From: the human T2T-CHM13v2.0 reference genome, Homo sapiens
Direction: 5' to 3' (one strand)
Length of the DNA: 64,000 nucleotides
Assembly (NCBI RefSeq): GCF_009914755.1
Contig: NC_060931.1
Positions 1 to 64,000 of this stretch are shown here, piece after piece. The notes under the pieces are model-generated. The model was not told the origin of the DNA. It was given only the letters and a program-made list of their open reading frames with translations, and did no database searches. Numbering within the stretch: the stretch's first letter is position 1; every line of letters starts with the position of its first letter. The position numbers and the translations under genes were made by a program.

Positions 1-184
1 GAGCTTCCAGAGTAGCTGGGACTACAGGCATGTGCCACCACACTCTGTTAATTTTTGTATATTTAGTAGAGACAGGGTTTTGCCACATTGGCCAGGCTGG
101 TCTCGAACTCCTGACCTCAAGTGATCCACCCGCCTCGGCCTCCCAAAGCGCTGGGTTTACAGGCATGAGCCACCATGCCCGGCC
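1..184 (-). mobile_element. Alu (AluS-like), cut by window edge, sitting in L1 ORF2
   Basis: Antisense Alu ending ...gagccaccatgcccggcc. Confidence 0.95.
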
Positions 185-3100
185 TTTTGTTGGTAATTTT
201 TTAATTACCGTTTCCATCTCGCTGGTTGTTATTGGTCTGTTCAGGGTGTCTAATTCTTCCTGATTTAAGCTAAGAAGGTTGTATTTTTCCAAGAGTTTAT
301 CCATCTCTTCTATGTTTTCTAGTTTATGTGCGTAAAGGTGTTCTTATTAGCCTTGAATGATCTTTTGTATTTCAGTGGCGTCAGTTGTAATATCTCCTGT
401 TTCGTTTCTCTGTGTGAGGTTATTTGGATTTTCTCTCTTCTTTTCTTGGTTAATCTTGCTAATGGCCTATCAATTTTATTTACCTTTTCAAAGAAACAGC
501 TTTTTGTTTCATTTATCTTTTGTATTTTTGTTTGTTTCAATTTTATTTAGTTCTGCTCTGATCTTTGTTATTTCCTTTCTTCTGCTGGGTTTGGGTTTGG
601 CTTGTTCTTGTTTCTCTAGATCTTTGAGGTGTGAACTTAGATTGTCTGTGCTCTTTCGGACTTTTTGATGTAGGCATTTAGGGCCATGAACTTTCCTCTT
701 ACTACATGTTAAGTGTATCCCAGAGGCTTTGATAGGTTGTGTCATTTATTGTCATTCAGTTCGAAGAATTTTTTATTTTCCATCTTGATTTCGTTTTTGA
801 CCCAATGCTCATTCAGGAGCAGGTTATTTAATTTCCATGTATTTGCATGGTTTTGAAGGATCCTTTTGGAATTGATTTCCAGTTTTATTCCACTGTGGTC
901 TAAGAGAATGCTTGATATAACTTCAATTTTCTTACATTTATTGAGCCTCGTTTTATGGCCTATCATATGGTCTGTCTTGGAGAAAGTTCCAGGCACTATT
1001 GAATAGAATGTGTATTCTGTGGCTGTTAGATGAAATGTTCTGTATATATCTGTTAAGTCCATTTGTTCCAGGGTATAGTTAAAATCCTTTGTTTCTTTGT
1101 TGACTTTCTGTCTTGATGACATAAGTGCTGTCAGTGGAGTACTCAAAGTCCCCCACTATTACAGTGTTTTTGTCTATCTCATTTCTTAGGCCTATTAGTA
1201 ATTGTTTTATAAATTTGGGAGCTCCAGTATTAGGTGCATATATGTTTAGGAAGTGGAGCATTTAGGCCATTTACATTCAATGTTAGTATTGAAATGTGAG
1301 GTACCATTGCATTCATCATGCTCTTTGTTGCCTGTGTACTTTTGGGACTTTTTTGTTTTGTTTTTTAACTCGTATTTTTGTTTTATAGGTCTTGTGTGAT
1401 TTATGCTTTAATGAGATTCTGTTCTGATGTGTTTCCAGGATTTGTTTCAAGATTTAGAGCTCCTTTTAGCAGTTCTTGTAGTGGTGGCTTGGTAATGGCG
1501 AATTTGATCAGCATTTGTTTGTCAGAAAATGTCTTTCCTTCATATATGATGCTTAGGTTTGCTGGATACCAAATTCTTGGCTGATACTTGTTTTGCTTGA
1601 GGAGGTTGAAGATAAAGACCCCCAATCCCTTCTAGCCTGTGGGGTTTCTGCTGAGAAGTCTGCTGTTAAATCTGATAGGTTTTCCTTTCTAGGTTACCTG
1701 GTGCTTCTCTCTCACTGTAGCATGACGAGCCATAGACAAAACCTCTCAGACACCAAGTTGTAGAAAGAAGGGCTTTATTCAGCTGGGAGCATCGGCAAGC
1801 TACTGCCTTAAAATCCGAGCTCCCTGAATGCACAATTTCTGTCCCTTTTAAGGGCTCACAACACTAAAGATTTCACATGAAAGGGTCGTGATTGATTTGA
1901 GCAAGCAGATGGTACGTGACAGGGGCTGCATGCACCGGTGGTCAGAGAGAAACAGAACAGGGCAGGGAGTTTCACAGTGTTCTTCTATACAATGTCTGGA
2001 ATCTATGAATAACATCGGTTTCTAAGTTATGAGTTGATTTTTAACTACTGGGTTTAGGCCAGGCAGGCCCGGGCCTGGTTTTGGGCCTGGCGCCGGACTG
2101 CCTGTCTTTGGTTTTACTCCCTTGTTGTTTTTTCTTAAAACAGGTACTGAGTATAAAACAATATAAAACAATATGAGAGGGTCTCTCTCTTCCCTCATCA
2201 CAGCTCTTAAGATTCTTTCCTTTGTCTTAACTTTGGATAACCTGATGACAATGTGCCTAGGCAAAGATCTTTTTGCGACGAATTTCCCAGGTGTTCGTTG
2301 TGCTTCTTGTATTTGCATGTCTAGGTCTCTAGCAAGGCCAGGGAAGTTTTCCTCGATTGTTCCCCTAAATACGTTTTCCAAGCTTTTAGAATTGTCTTCT
2401 TTCTCAGGAACACTGATTATGCTTAAGTTTGGTCATTTATCATAATTCCAAACTTCTTGGAGGCCTTGTTTGTATTTTATTTTTTTGTCTTCATTGGATT
2501 GGGTTAATTTGAAAACCTTGTCTTCGAGCTCTGAATTTCTTTCTTCTACTTGTTCAGTTCTGTTGCTGAGACTTTCCAGAGCATTTTGCATTTCTAAAAG
2601 TGTGTCCAAAGTTTCCTGAATTTTTTGTTTTTTCTTTAAGCTATCTATTTCTTTGAATATTTCTCCCTTCACGTCTTGTATCATTTTTTGGATTTCCTTG
2701 CATTGGGCTTCACCTTTCTCTGGTCCCTCCCTGATTAGCTTAATAACTAACCTCCTGAATTCTTTTTCAGGGAAATCAGGGGTTTCTTCTTGGTTTGGAT
2801 CCATTGCTGATGAACTAACGTGATTTTTGGGGGGTGTTCAGCAGCCTTGTTTTGTCATATTACCAGGATTGGTTTTCTGGTTCCTTCTCATTTGGGTAGG
2901 CTCTGTCAGAGGGAAGGTCTAAGGCTGAAGGCTATCGTTCAAATTTTTTTTGTCCCAGGTGTTCCCTTGATGTAGTACTGTCCTCCTTTTCCTGTGGATG
3001 TGGCTTCCTGTGAGCCAAACTGCAGTGATTGTTGTCTCTCTTTTGGGCCACCCAGCGAATCTGCTTGGCTCCAGTCTGGTACTGGGGGTCGTCTGCACAG

Positions 3101-4278
3101 AGTCCTGTGATGTGAACCATCTATGGGTCTCTCAGCCCTGGTTACCAGTGCCTGTTCCAGTGGAGGTGGCAGAGGGTGCAGTGGACTCTGGTGGGGGTCC
3201 TTAGCTTTGGTGGTTTAATGCTCTATTTTTGTGCTGGTTGGCCTCCCACCAGAAAGCATTAGCTATAGTAGTGTGGAGAGGAACCAGAGGTGGCCGTGGC
3301 CCTAGAACTCCCAAGACTATATGTCCTTTGTCTTCCGCTACCAGGGTGGGTAGGGAAGGACTATCAGATGGGGGCAGGGCTAGTTGTGTCTGAGCTCAGA
3401 CTCTCCTTGGGCAGGTCTGGCTGCAGCTGCTGTGGTGGAGTGGGGTGAGATTCCCAGGTCACTGGATTTGTGTACCCAGGAGGATTATGGCTGCCTCTGC
3501 TGAGTCATGCAGGTTGTCAGGGAAGTGAGGGAAAGCTGGCAGTCACAGGCCTCATCCAGCTCCCATACAAACCGAAAGACCAGTCTCACTCCCACCGTGC
3601 CACCCACTATAGCCCCAAGTCTTGTTTCCAGGCGGAGGGCAAGTCGGGCTTGAAAACCTGCCCAAGGCTTTCCACCTCCCAGCTGCAAAAGAAAAGGGCT
3701 TTAGTTCTTTCCCCGCCTGTGAAGTCTGCAAGCTGGTTTCATGCCCTCCCCCGAGTTCTGGCTAGGAGGCTTCTTCCCCGTTCAAATTGTTACAAAGTTC
3801 AGCTAGAGAAGTCCTTCTCCCTGTAGGGTCTTACCTCCTGCTCCTCTGGCCGCCGTCCTGATGGATCCCTGTGGTGCCAGGCAGGAATGGGCTGCTTGGG
3901 GATCCAGTGAGCTCCCAGTGCCTTTCTGCTACTTCCTCTACCCCTGTATTTCGCTCAGCTCGAGTCTCTAACTTGGCTCAGCTCCAGGTAAGGTCGGGAA
4001 CTTCTCCCACAAACAGACCTTCAGCTTCTCCAGTGGGGGTGTGTGTCCAGGAGAGGAGGGTCTCCGTTTCCCACTTCCGCGGTTGGGGCACTCACAGTAT
4101 TTGGGGTGTCTCCCAGGTCCTGCAGGAGCAGTCTGCTTCCTTCAGAGGGTCTGTGGGTCCTCTCAGCATTGCTGGTCTGTTCTTGTAGTTGATCTGGAGC
4201 TAAAATTCATAATGCAAGCCTCTGCATGCTGCTCTTGCAGAGCTGCAATCTAGTTCTGTATCCTGTCTGCCATGATCC
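185..4278 (-). mobile_element. LINE-1 5' portion (L1PB-like): 5' UTR, decayed ORF1 and ORF2 endonuclease region; interrupted by a solo LTR
   Basis: ORF1 pieces in ORFs 2433..2804, 2022..2381, 1401..1625; ORF2 pieces in 1079..1261, 742..1146, 509..745, 319..540; 5' end ggatcatggcagacagga...actagattgcagctc. Confidence 0.92.
1716..2197 (-). mobile_element. ERV1 solo LTR (LTR15/LTR2-family-like), 482 bp, inserted in L1 ORF1
   Basis: Minus strand TGAGGGAAGAGAGAGACCCTCTCATATTG...GCTACA with internal AATAAA; 4-bp TSD TCAC at 1712-1715 and 2198-2201. Confidence 0.88.
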
Positions 4279-4512
4279 ACCGAGTCTACATATTTTAAAT
4301 GGGGGATTTAATCCATTTACGTTTTAGGTTATTATTGACAGGTGAGGACTTACTCCTGTCATTTTATTGATTGTTTTCTGGTTATTTATTCTTTGTCCCT
4401 TCCTCTTATTTACTTTTGTGGGTAGATGGTTTTCTGTAGTAATAAGGTTTGATTCCTTTCTTTTTGTGTATTGGCTCTACTGATGAGTTTGCCAGTTTTG
4501 CAAGTTTAAAAA

Positions 4513-4646
4513 TTTTTTTTTTTTTCTGTAGAGACAGGGTCTCACTATGTTGTGCAGGCTGGCCTTGAACTTGTGGCTTCAAGTGATCTCCCCACCTCAG
4601 GCTTTCAAAGTGCTAAGATTACACGTGTGAGCAACCATGCCCAGCC
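4513..4646 (-). mobile_element. Alu monomer (FLAM-like)
   Basis: Single left-arm Alu sequence preceded by poly-T. Confidence 0.85.
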
Positions 4647-5919
4647 AGTTTCACATATTTTCATGACGATGGCGATTGTCTTTTCACTTCCGGATGTAAG
4701 ATTCCCTTGAATATTTCTTATGGGATTTCATGTAAGGCCAGTCTAGTGGTGATAGATGTCCTTAGTTTTAGTTTGTCTGTGAAATATTTTATTTCTCCTT
4801 CATTTCTGAAGGATAGCTTTTCTGGATATAATATTGTTGGCTTTTTTTTTTCCTTTCAGTACTTTGAAGATATCAACCTATTCTCTCCTAGCCTGTAAGT
4901 TTTATGCTGAGAAATCTGCTATTAATCTAATGGGGTTTCCCTTACATGTGACTTGACAGTTTTCTCTTGCTGCTTTTAGCACTCTTTATTGTTGCCTTTT
5001 GACAATTTGACTACAATGTGCCTTGGAGATTACCTGTTTGGGTTGAATCTATTTGTGGTTCTTTTCGCTTCCTGGACCTGGATGTCCACCTCTCTCTCAT
5101 GACTTGTGAAATCTTCTATTCATTACATGTTTCCCTCACCTTTTCCCTTCTCTTCTCCTTTTGGAATGCCCATAATATGATTATTTGTTCACTTAATAGT
5201 TTTCCATAAATCCTATAGGCTTTCTTCATTATTTTTTATTCTTTTTTCTTTGTCTGCCTGTATTATTTCAGAATACTTGAAGTTTAGAAATTCTTTCTTC
5301 TGCTTGGTTTAGTCTGTTGTTGCGGTCTTCAATTGTGTTTTTCATTCATTGAATCCTTCAGCTGTAGGATTTGTTTGGTTCTTTGTTGGATTTTCATTCA
5401 AATCATGAATTGTTTTCCTGATTTTGTTGAATTATGTATCTGTATTGTCTTGAATCTGAGTTTCCTTAGGATTATTATTTTGATTTTTTTTGGCATTTCC
5501 TATATTTTGTTATAATTGGGGTCTGCTACTGGAGAATTGTTTTCCTTTGAAGGTGTCATGTTTCCTTACTTTTTCATGTTTGATATGTCCTTACATTGAT
5601 TTCTATGCATCTGGTGGAAAAGTCAGCTCTTCCAATTTTATGGAGGTTTCATAGGGAAAGACTTATTTGTATAAATGAGTTGTGGAGTGTCGGTTCAATG
5701 GAGTGCATTGGCCTTCATTCTAGCTGGAAGGAGTAGTGTGCTATCTTTAAAGTTTCTTCAGCTGCAATCCACACTAGTGATGTTTCTCAGTGGCCTAGGT
5801 TGAGAGAGTTTGTGGCAACTGCGGTGGGCTCACCAGGCTATTTTTCAAGTTGAGGGCAGATGCATGCACATGGTGGATCAGCCAACTTGGAGTCTGGCTT
5901 GCTGAAGTTGGAGCCACGG

Positions 5920-6610
5920 AGCTTTTACTTTGGCTAGGGAACACGGGCATGTGGTTGCTCAGTCAGCCTAGGGACGTTTCTGCCAGGGGCAGCCAACTGT
6001 TTCAGGCTGTTTCTCACACCCTGAATGCAGGCACAATGCTGCATGGCTGGCCTAGGGGCACATTTGCTTAGAGTGGCCTACGGGGCTGTTTATCATCAGG
6101 CCTAGGGCACAGGTGCAAGTCTGCTTGGCAGGCCAGGACATGTGCTTATGAGGAGTGGCCCATGGGGCTGTTTTTCAGGCCTGGTATGCAGACACACAGC
6201 TCCTCAGCTGGCCTGGAGGCATGTTTGGTAGGGACACCTCACAGGGCTGTTTCTCAGACCTGGGACATGGTCATACAGCATCTCAGCTGGCCTGGGTATG
6301 TGTCTGCTGAGGGTGGTCCACGGGACTGTTTCTCTGGCTCAGGACACAGGCATATAGCTGCTCAGCCAGCCTGGGAGCAGCCCATGGAGCTGCTTCTCAA
6401 GCCCAGTATGTGGGTGCAAGGCTGCTCAGCTGGCCTGGGATCATGTCTGTTAGGGGTAGCCCATGGGGCCATTTCTCAGGTCCAGTTCGTGGGCACAGAG
6501 CTGCTCAGCTGGCTTGGGGGTATGTCTGCCAGGGGTGGGCCCAGGGCTGTTTCTCAAGCCCATGATATGGCTGCATGACTGTTTAGCTGGCCCAGTGGTG
6601 TTTCTGGAGG
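5920..6610. repeat. Degenerate ~79-bp tandem array
   Basis: ggctgtttctcagg-like anchor recurs at about 6005, 6084, 6166, 6245, 6324, 6387, 6466, 6545. Confidence 0.8.
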
Positions 6611-6859
6611 GAAGGGGGTGAAAGTATCTTTATTTCATACTGGTAGCTGTTATGAATTTTATTTTGCAACTCTGGGAGTGAGAAATATTCCATCCCTTTA
6701 TTTTACTAAATTCATCTGTACAAGGTCCTAATCCTGCCAGATTTAAAAGAAATTTAATGTCTCCCAGCCTAAATCTTACCTGCTTGGTGAGTCATAAAGC
6801 AATTACTTGGGAGTGCCTTTGAAAATAAGAAATACTGCATATTTAAACATAGTTCCTGT

Positions 6860-7460
6860 ATTGTAGGAATTAGTAACCTCATTAGGGATTCAAAAATACC
6901 CACAAAGGAAGTTTGAGCAACCTAAGAATGGAAAACTAACATCACAAAGGGAAGGATAGTTTAGTTAAATATTACAATGCATGGTACTGACTCAGAAGGA
7001 AGATGCCACCAGGTGCTAGAATGACCTGGATCACAGAACTGTTTATCTGACCCTTAAGCATGAATAAGATTTTAACAGACGAGGGAATCCAGGTGTGGGA
7101 AATAATAACCTAAAGAAAGGCTTGGAACTAAGACAAGAATTGTGTTCAAGGCCCAGTGAACTGACCTGGCTGGAAGAAAATGTTCCTATTATACAAGGCA
7201 GGAATTTGGGACACCTTGAATGTCAAGGAGTTTGAATTTTATCCTATAATGAATAGCAAGTTATTAAAGGATTATGAGCAGAGTGACCAGATCAAACTAG
7301 TGTTTATCTCAAATATGTTTCAGATAAATTTAGACCTTAGGGAGCAACTAAAACAATCCAGGTATGCAAAGAAATGAATGAAAGCAGGGATTGAAAGATA
7401 ATGACCTTATCAAGAGAAAGAATCAGCATTGCATTGACTAGGCTCCAAGATTTTGAGTAT
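6860..7460 (-). mobile_element. L2 LINE relic
   Basis: Purine-rich L2-like motifs (ggagtttgaattttatcct, gagcagagtgaccagatca); boundaries approximate. Confidence 0.5.
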
Positions 7461-7826
7461 TGGTAACAATGAAGTATTTGACCAAAAAGGGTAATTCTAT
7501 GAGAGAGGACAATTTTTAGAACAAAATGATTTTAGACAGGAAGTTGAATGATCATACCAGCTAATGATATTTATAATCATTAAAATCTCAAGTTCAGTCT
7601 GAAGACAGAAAAGCAAAAGGTTGTGGGCTGACCTTGGGCTGCAACTGTATTTATGGGTTAGAATGAAATCACTATGGAAAAGCGAAAAAAAGAAATGGTA
7701 CAATGAGTTAGGTGTCACATGGGGGCCTTTGGAGAAAATGTTCATAGACGCATGATTCTTGGCTTCAATAAGAAGGCTACATTCAAAAAACAGGGAAAGT
7801 CAGGCCAAAACTATGTTTTCAGGTTT

Positions 7827-7832
7827 TTTAAT
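7827..7832 (-). terminator. Candidate distal polyadenylation signal ATTAAA
   Basis: tttaat on plus strand, about 590 nt after the stop codon. Confidence 0.5.
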
Positions 7833-8106
7833 GACTGACAAAATATTCCTAAATCAACCTTTTATAAATAAAAAAAAATAAATATGTTTCATCTGAATTC
7901 ACAAAGACAAACCCTGCTGCAAATACTAAGTACAAATTATTCTGTACTGGACATGGCAAATCTGATTTAGTACAAATTCAGTTTTTAAAAGGACCCTCTT
8001 TCCAAATAGTGTTCTTATGTAACATTTAATTTTTATGCCTATTATTTCAATGACACACCTAGTTTTTGCTTTTCTAAGCACTGTTCCCTACATTTTTAAA
8101 GCATAT

Positions 8107-8112
8107 TTTATT
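8107..8112 (-). terminator. Candidate proximal polyadenylation signal AATAAA
   Basis: tttatt on plus strand, about 310 nt after the stop codon. Confidence 0.4.
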
Positions 8113-8418
8113 TCAGAGTGCAACAGAAACTAGCTTGTGGCCTATTAAGCTACTAGGAAGAGCATCGTTTATGCCACTGTATGCCTTCTTAGGCCATTTA
8201 TCATTTCTCTACACTTGATTGCTCACTGGCTATTCAAAATTGGAATGTGATACAGCAGTTCTGTCTGAACGTGTACCAACCTGAAACTCACATGGCTAAA
8301 CAATTATGGCTAAACTATTTTTGTTACCAATTTTAAATATTGTTAAAGAATTCTCAAAGGAGTAAGGTTAATGAGCAAGATTAAAATGGCAGCAGCAGAT
8401 CCAATTGCGTTTTCTTTT

Positions 8419-59719
<51,301 letters not shown>

Positions 59720-61456
59720 CTAGAAGAAAAAGGATATTTAGTAGAGTTTAACAGAATCTATGTCATAAATAAAGTTTCCTAAACCACTTAAACTTACTTC
59801 TATTCCTTTAGATGTCCTGTCTCATCTTACCTCATAGATTATTCCCAAGTCCTAGAAGTGGTCTATTAACAAGTTGCTAAGAAATTTCAAAGCAGTAATT
59901 TTTTAGTGCACACTATATAGCAACATATTGTGGCAGGCTATTGAAGGATAGGAAAATGAACACAGATATACTCCTGCATATGAAATAATGGGGTTCTAGA
60001 CAGTTTCCAAAGCTTCATGAGATTCTCCTAGTAAGCATGCATTGTCCTCCCTTATCTAGCTTGTCACCTTGCAATTATTACTAACAGCTGTGAACACCAG
60101 TTTATCAAAAATGTGTTCATTTCACAGAAAGTTACCAGTCTCTAGTTTATCTTGATTGAAAGGCAAAGTGTGATCTATCTTATGGGTCAGTGAAAACAAA
60201 TGTGGCATGTGAGTCCATATCCATCCGTAACTGAGTCACTGAAGGCATTGGCCCAAGGCCAAAGGAGAGCTCTTGGCATAGAGTGGCCTTTCCAGGTGAG
60301 TCTTGACCCCCTTCACTTACCCCATCACTCCAGAACACCCTCAACTTTCCCCACCTCTCTCAACGCATGAAACTGTACATTATCTCTAGCAGCTGCTGCT
60401 GTATGGACTAATGTCCATCAGTGACCTACATACAATTGAGGACAGTATGCTTAAACAGGTATGTCTATCATTTATGTGATTAACTGAAATAGGAGATTGA
60501 CAGGTAGAAAGTAACTTGACAAGGAGTCAGGAAACCTGAGTTCTAGCCCCAGAGCTAACGTTAACTAGCTGTGTGAATTCAATCGCTACTCTACTTCAGT
60601 GGATTTCAATGTTTCCTCTACTTTCCTTCATTAGTTTCTTTATCAAAGAATCGTGGTAGAAAAAAAGTCAGTTTCCCCTAAGAGGGCTATTCAAGGACAT
60701 TTATAAGTATTCTGTTATAATATTTATCAATTATGACTTTTTAATGACATTTAACACTGCAAAGTATTGTCAGCAGTACATTTTATTGCAATTATCTTAA
60801 ACACAAAATAGCAAAAAAGAATAACTTCATCAGATAACATGGTAACAATTCTATTAGATGTAAAATGACTGTTACGGTTACTGAGCACACAATAACAACT
60901 TTTCTTTACAATTACAGCTGACTCACGACTCACTGAGAATAAAAGTAATCTATCACTAAAGTATAAACAAAATAATAATTATAAGAGTTACAAAAGTCTC
61001 ATATACCACTTGGACTGCTTTCATACAGTAAACATTATCAGCAAAAAACTACTTGTTTATCCATTCTTTTATATACTATAATCACAAGGAACATGAAATT
61101 GCTTAAAAAAAAGACTTTAGATTCTCTAGTAATAAATAAAAATTAAAACAAGGTACCATAATTTTCCTTTAGAAGTAGTTTTTTAAATGATAATGAAATA
61201 CTGTCAAGGGAGCATGTGCTTCTTACACAATTCTCAAATAGTAGTGAATGAGTCAACTAACACAATATCTCAGAAAAATTCTTTCACAGAGGGTTAAATA
61301 TATTCATACCTGTTCACCTAGTAATTCTTTTAGGATTCTATCCTGGGAAATGAACATGATGGCAACATAGATCATAACCTCCATTCTAGCAAACTATCTG
61401 CACTCCATCCTTTAGAGAATGAAAGTTTTTCTCATTTTGAAAAAAAGTAAGATGTA

Positions 61457-61743
61457 CATTCTCAGTAAACTATCACAAGAACAAAAAACCAAACACCGCA
61501 TATTCTCACTCATAGGTGGAAACTGAACAATGAGAACACATGGACACAGGAAGGGGAACATCACACTCTGGGGACTGTAGTGGGGTGGGGGGAGGGGGGA
61601 GGGATAGCATTAGGAGATATACCTAATGCTAAATGACAAGTTAATGGGTGCAGCACACCAGCATGGCACATTTATACACATGTAACTAACCTGCACATTG
61701 TGCACATGTACCCTAAAACTTAAAGTGTAATAATAAAATAAAA
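61457..61743 (+). mobile_element. 5'-truncated young L1PA (PA2/3-like) 3' end
   Basis: aagaacaaaaaaccaaacaccgcatattctcactcatagg; TSD-like t[a/g]agatgta. Confidence 0.93.
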
Positions 61744-61904
61744 TGAGATGTAGAATAAATGTACCTAATTACATATTCTAAGAACCATATCCAGAACTTA
61801 TAAGCAAATATTTCCAAATTGTTAGGTCATGCTTAGTTGCCCCACCCAATCCCAAAGGGAAAAAAAGACACAGCAAGTTGAAATGGTATGTACACAGGCT
61901 CTGT

Positions 61905-62287
<383 letters not shown>

Positions 62288-64000
62288 ATTTTTTTTAACT
62301 TCTATTTTCAGTTCAGGGGTACATGTGAAGGTTTGTTATATAGGTAAACTCATATCACAGGGGTTTATTTTTACAGATAATTTCATCACCCAGCTATTAA
62401 GCCTGGTACTCAATAGTTACTTTTTCTGCTCCGCTCCCTCCTCCCACCCTCCACTCTCAAGAAGACCCCAGTGTCTGTTGTTCCCTTGTGTTCAGGAGTT
62501 CTCATCATTTAGCTCCTACCTGTAAGTGAGAACACTAGGTATTTCGTTTTACTGTTCCTGCGTTAGTTTGCTAAGGATAATAGCCTCTATCTCCATCCAT
62601 GTTCCCACAAAAGACATGATCTCATTCTTTTTTATAGCTGCACAGTATTCCACGGTATGTATGTACCACATTTTCTTTATCCAATCTGTCACTGATGGGC
62701 ATTTAGGTTGATTCCATGTCTTTGCTAACATGAATCACGCTGCAATTGACATTTGCATACGTATATCTTTATGGTAGAATGATTTTTATTCCTCTAAGTA
62801 TATACCCAGTAATCAGATTGCTGGGTCCAATAGTAGTTCTGCTGTTAGCCTTTGAGTAATCACCATACTGCTTTCCACAATGGTAGAACTAACTTACACT
62901 CTCATCAACAGTGTATAAGTCTTCCCTTTTCTCTGCAACCTTGCCAGCAACTGTGGGTTTTTTTTTTTTTTTTTTTTTTTACTTTTAATAATAGCCATTC
63001 TGACTGGTATGAGATGGTATCTCATTGTAACCTCTATCTGCATTTCTCTAATCCTCAGTGATACTGAGTTTTTCACATGCTTGCTGGCCACATGTCTTCT
63101 TTTGTAAAGTATCTGTTCATGTCCTTTGCCCACTTTTTAATGGAGTTGTTTTTGTCTTATAAATTTAAGTACCTTGTAGATGCTGGATACTAGGCCTTTG
63201 TCAGATACATAGTTTGCAAATATTTTCTCCCAATTCTGTAGGTCGTTTGGTTTACTCTGTTAGTTTCTTTTGCTGTGCAGAAGCTCTTAAGTTTAATTCG
63301 ATCCCATTTGTCAATTTTTGCTTCTTTTGTGATTACTTTTGATGTCTTTGTTATGAAATATTTGCCCATTCCTATGACTAGGATGGTATTGCCTACGTTT
63401 TCTTTCAGAATTTTTATAAATTTTGGGTTTTACATTTAAGTCTTTAATGCATCTTGAGTTGATTTTTGTCTATGTTGTAAGGAAGGGTTCCAGTTTCAAT
63501 TTCTATATATGGCTAGCCAGTTATCCCAACACCATTTATTGAGTAGGGAGTCTTTTCCCCATTGCTTTTGTCAGCTTTGCTGAAGATCAGGTAGTCATAG
63601 GTGTGCAGCCTTATTTCTGGGTTCGCTATTCCATTCTATTGGTCTATGTGCCTGTTTTGGTAACAGTACCATACTGTTTTGGTTACTGTAGCCCTGTAGT
63701 ATAGTTTGAAGTTGGGTAACATGATATCTCCAGCTTTGTTCTTTTTGCTTAGGTGTACCTTGGCTACTCAGGCTTTTTTGGTTCCATATGAATTTTAAGA
63801 CAGTTTTTTCTAGTTCTGTGAAGAATATTGATAGTTTGATAGGAATAGCATTGAATCTGTACACTGCTTTGGGCAGTATGGTCATTTTAATGATATTGAT
63901 TCTTCCTATCCATGAGCATGTTTTTCCATTTCTTTGTAACTTCTGATTTCTTTGAGCAGTGTTTTGTAATTCTCATTGTAGACATCTTTAACTTCCCCTC
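62288..64000 (-). mobile_element. LINE-1 3' portion (older L1PA/L1PB), runs off window edge; sense to GSAP
   Basis: ORF2 remnants in ORFs 62549..62731, 62894..63133, 63595..63885, and 3' UTR. Confidence 0.93.

Larger units (their letters stand above)
4290..6610 (-). mobile_element. Older LINE-1 (L1M-type) 5' portion: ORF2 start, decayed ORF1, repeat-containing 5' UTR
   Basis: Minus strand near 4361 reads MTGVSPHLSIIT-NVNGLNP (ORF2 start); ORF1-like T-rich sequence 4700-5600; GC-rich monomers 5830-6600. Confidence 0.75.
7810..8418 (-). other. GSAP: Probable GSAP 3' UTR (distal end approximate)
   Basis: AT-rich unique sequence after the stop, with AATAAA at 8112-8107 and ATTAAA at 7832-7827 on the minus strand. 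Confidence 0.65.

Noticed and set aside
319-2804. L1 ORF1/ORF2 ORFs as active retrotransposon genes
   Set aside because: Fragmented by stops and frameshifts, an LTR insertion and an internal deletion.
5920-6610. Periodic array as a CRISPR-like system or a 138-aa repeat protein
   Set aside because: Whole units are degenerate copies with no constant-repeat/unique-spacer structure, no cas genes, mammalian context; the ORF follows from GC-rich repeats.

Overview
Primate (almost certainly human) genomic DNA. The minus strand carries the last 19 coding exons (59719 to 8419) of GSAP/PION (gamma-secretase activating protein). I placed them by hand: all have GT-AG boundaries and consistent phases, and they join into 1694 nt of open frame ending ...EEAALKHTAMLLGL*. 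The upstream exons lie beyond the right edge. The rest is repeat-rich intron and 3' flank: a nested L1M/L1PB/solo-LTR stack (1-6600), about 19 Alus, several 5'-truncated L1s, MaLR and MER21 LTRs, DNA-transposon relics, and a two-LTR, internally deleted HERV-H provirus (36998-42942) antisense to GSAP. I see no convincing undescribed biological system. The best second-look items are a 120-bp templated duplication bracketing an in-frame exon, the Phe-like primer-binding site and LTR asymmetry of the HERV-H, loss of all three integrase catalytic residues, a candidate poison exon, and inverted Alu pairs around exon blocks. Gene identity and repeat subfamily names come from recall of the sequences, not from database searches.
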